From positions 3,392,001-3,456,000 of the forward strand of contig OZ244065.1 of assembly GCA_965215505.1 (NCBI GenBank): DNA of 64,000 bases. Direction: 5' to 3'. The notes under the pieces were generated by a model. That model was not told the DNA's origin and did no database searches. It saw only the letters and a program-made list of their open reading frames with translations. The stretch is from Capsulimonadaceae bacterium. Lineage in GTDB: Bacteria > Armatimonadota > Armatimonadia > Armatimonadales > Capsulimonadaceae. The position numbers and the translations under genes were made by a program. Positions 62,362 through 64,000 of this stretch are shown here, in pieces. Each line of letters opens with the position of its first letter. The stretch's first letter is position 1.

Positions 62362-64000
62362 ATGATCACCCACGCACGCCCCCGGCGGCGCACGGCGGGC
62401 TGCCTACTGGCCGCCGCCTCCCTCTGCCTCCTCGCGGCACCCGCCGCCCGCGCCGACGTCTTCGGACGCCTCCGCGTCGTCGCCCGTGACTCGGCCGGCA
62501 GGCCGCTCCCCGGCGCGACCGTCGTCTTCCACGACCCCGCCGGCGTCCGCCCGGACCTGTCGGTCACGGCGGACGCGCAGGGCGTCGCCCTCAGCCCGCC
62601 CCTGGAGATCCGCGCCTGGCAGGTGACGACCCAGGCCCCCGGCTTCGAGGCCGACACGCGCCTGGTCGCCGTCATCGCCGACACCAGCACGGACGTCGGC
62701 GAGGGCCTGACCCGCCGCATCATCAATACGGGCACCACCAGCATCATCGGGACCAACGCGCCCAACAGGAACCAGACCGCCGTCGTCAACCGCATCGACC
62801 AGAGCCGCCTGAAGTTCGGCTCCACCGTCGGCAACCCGCAGAGCCTGCGGAACCTGCTCATCACCAACCCCGGCTTCGTCCAGGACTCCGTCAACCAGGC
62901 CCACCCGCGCGGCGAACACTCCGCCACCTCCATCTACCTCAACGGCTTCAAGCTGCCCAGCGCCTTCCAGGGGCGGGCCGGCCAGGTGCTGGTGCCCGAA
63001 ACCATCCAGAGCGTGGACGTGCAGACCGGCGGCTACGCCCCCGAGTACGGCGGCGAGACGGCCGCCGCCCTGAACGTCAACCTGCGGGCGGGCACCATCA
63101 CCCCCTTCCAGTCGCTGTCGGTGGACGGCGGATCGTATTCTACCTACGACCAGTCGCTCTCCTTCGGCGGGCAGGGGGGGGCGCCCCTTGTCGCCGACCC
63201 GTCCGGCACCGGCCCGGTGGCGCGGAAGTTCGGCTACTTCGTCAACGTCAGTGGGCGCAGCACCACGAACGCCCTGGAGCCGCCCCAGCCGGACAACCAG
63301 GACGCCCACAACGGAGGCAAATCGCAGTCATTCTTCGGCAACTTCGGCTACGCCCTGAGTAACAACGACCAGTTCACCCTGAGCCTCGAAGACGCCCCCG
63401 CCCAGACCCAGATCGCCAACCGGACCGGCCTGCCGGGCAAGTACGCCTCGGTCGGCCAGGGCTACGGCTTCGGCGGCGCGCGCAACCCCGACGGCAGCAT
63501 CGGCGCAGGCGTCACGCCCAATGCCGACGGCACGACGCCCCTGGGCGGCGACCCGCTCGTCCTCGCGAGCCAGCAGGACGCCGGTCAGGACATCACCCAG
63601 AACGACGAGAACCAGTTCAGCGTCCTCAACTACCGCCACAACTTCAGCGGCGGCCTGACGGGCTTGGTTTCCTACGGCGCGACCCGCTCGCGCCTGGACA
63701 TCCGCAACAAGAACCGCGTCACGCCGGACCTCGCCGCCCTGCCGATAGACAGCTCGGTCGAGTTCAGCCCGAACATCCTGAAGCGGTCCAGCGACTCCCA
63801 GGTCGCCGCCAGCCTGACGCAGTCGGCGGGCGTCCACACCTACAAGGGCGGCTTCCTCGTGGACGCGCAGAGCGGCGACGAGTCCTACCTGCTCCAGCCC
63901 GGCAGCCAGTTCGCACTCGACGCCCTGTACGCCAACGACCCCGACCTCGCCCCCGCCGGCACGGCCCAGACGGACGCCGGCGGCAGCCCGGTCGTGGACG
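62362..64000 (+). CDS. TonB-dependent receptor (N-terminal part; runs off window)
   Basis: Manual translation: signal peptide, carboxypeptidase-regulatory-like domain (DSAGRPLPGATV), plug (HPRGEH, IQSVDVQTGGYAPEYGG), beta-barrel strands; GGAG RBS. Confidence 0.88.
   Translation, partial: MITHARPRRRTAGCLLAAASLCLLAAPAARADVFGRLRVVARDSAGRPLPGATVVFHDPAGVRPDLSVTADAQGVALSPPLEIRAWQVTTQAPGFEADTRLVAVIADTSTDVGEGLTRRIINTGTTSIIGTNAPNRNQTAVVNRIDQSRLKFGSTVGNPQSLRNLLITNPGFVQDSVNQAHPRGEHSATSIYLNGFKLPSAFQGRAGQVLVPETIQSVDVQTGGYAPEYGGETAAALNVNLRAGTITPFQSLSVDGGSYSTYDQSLSFGGQGGAPLVADPSGTGPVARKFGYFVNVSGRSTTNALEPPQPDNQDAHNGGKSQSFFGNFGYALSNNDQFTLSLEDAPAQTQIANRTGLPGKYASVGQGYGFGGARNPDGSIGAGVTPNADGTTPLGGDPLVLASQQDAGQDITQNDENQFSVLNYRHNFSGGLTGLVSYGATRSRLDIRNKNRVTPDLAALPIDSSVEFSPNILKRSSDSQVAASLTQSAGVHTYKGGFLVDAQSGDESYLLQPGSQFALDALYANDPDLAPAGTAQTDAGGSPVVD

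Overview
High-GC bacterial chromosome segment from a diderm with RNase Y and YmdB. An Armatimonadota-like lineage is an inference, not proven. 0.2-15.3 kb: a complete xyloglucan-type glycosidase set (GH74, GH31-PA14, GH35, three GH3). 15.8-41.7 kb: housekeeping and envelope genes (rny, ymdB, ychF, glyA, wecA-like, wecB, uppP) interrupted by a coiled-coil McrB/DUF2357-McrC-like defence pair. 42-60 kb: an HTH-HNH endonuclease gene between a consensus promoter and tRNA-Gln, an AraC/redox module, a toxin-antitoxin/macro-domain cluster, an intein-containing PcrA/UvrD and tRNA-Ser. 60-64 kb: a metal-uptake locus (ZIP transporter, CxxC...RAPP leader peptide, candidate antisense sRNA, TonB-dependent receptor). 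Intergenic DNA is dense with several REP/REPIN-like families. These include a four-hairpin element with unique cores whose termini are often iterated into short tandem arrays, and one copy appears translated in-frame inside a gene. No CRISPR array or transposase was found.
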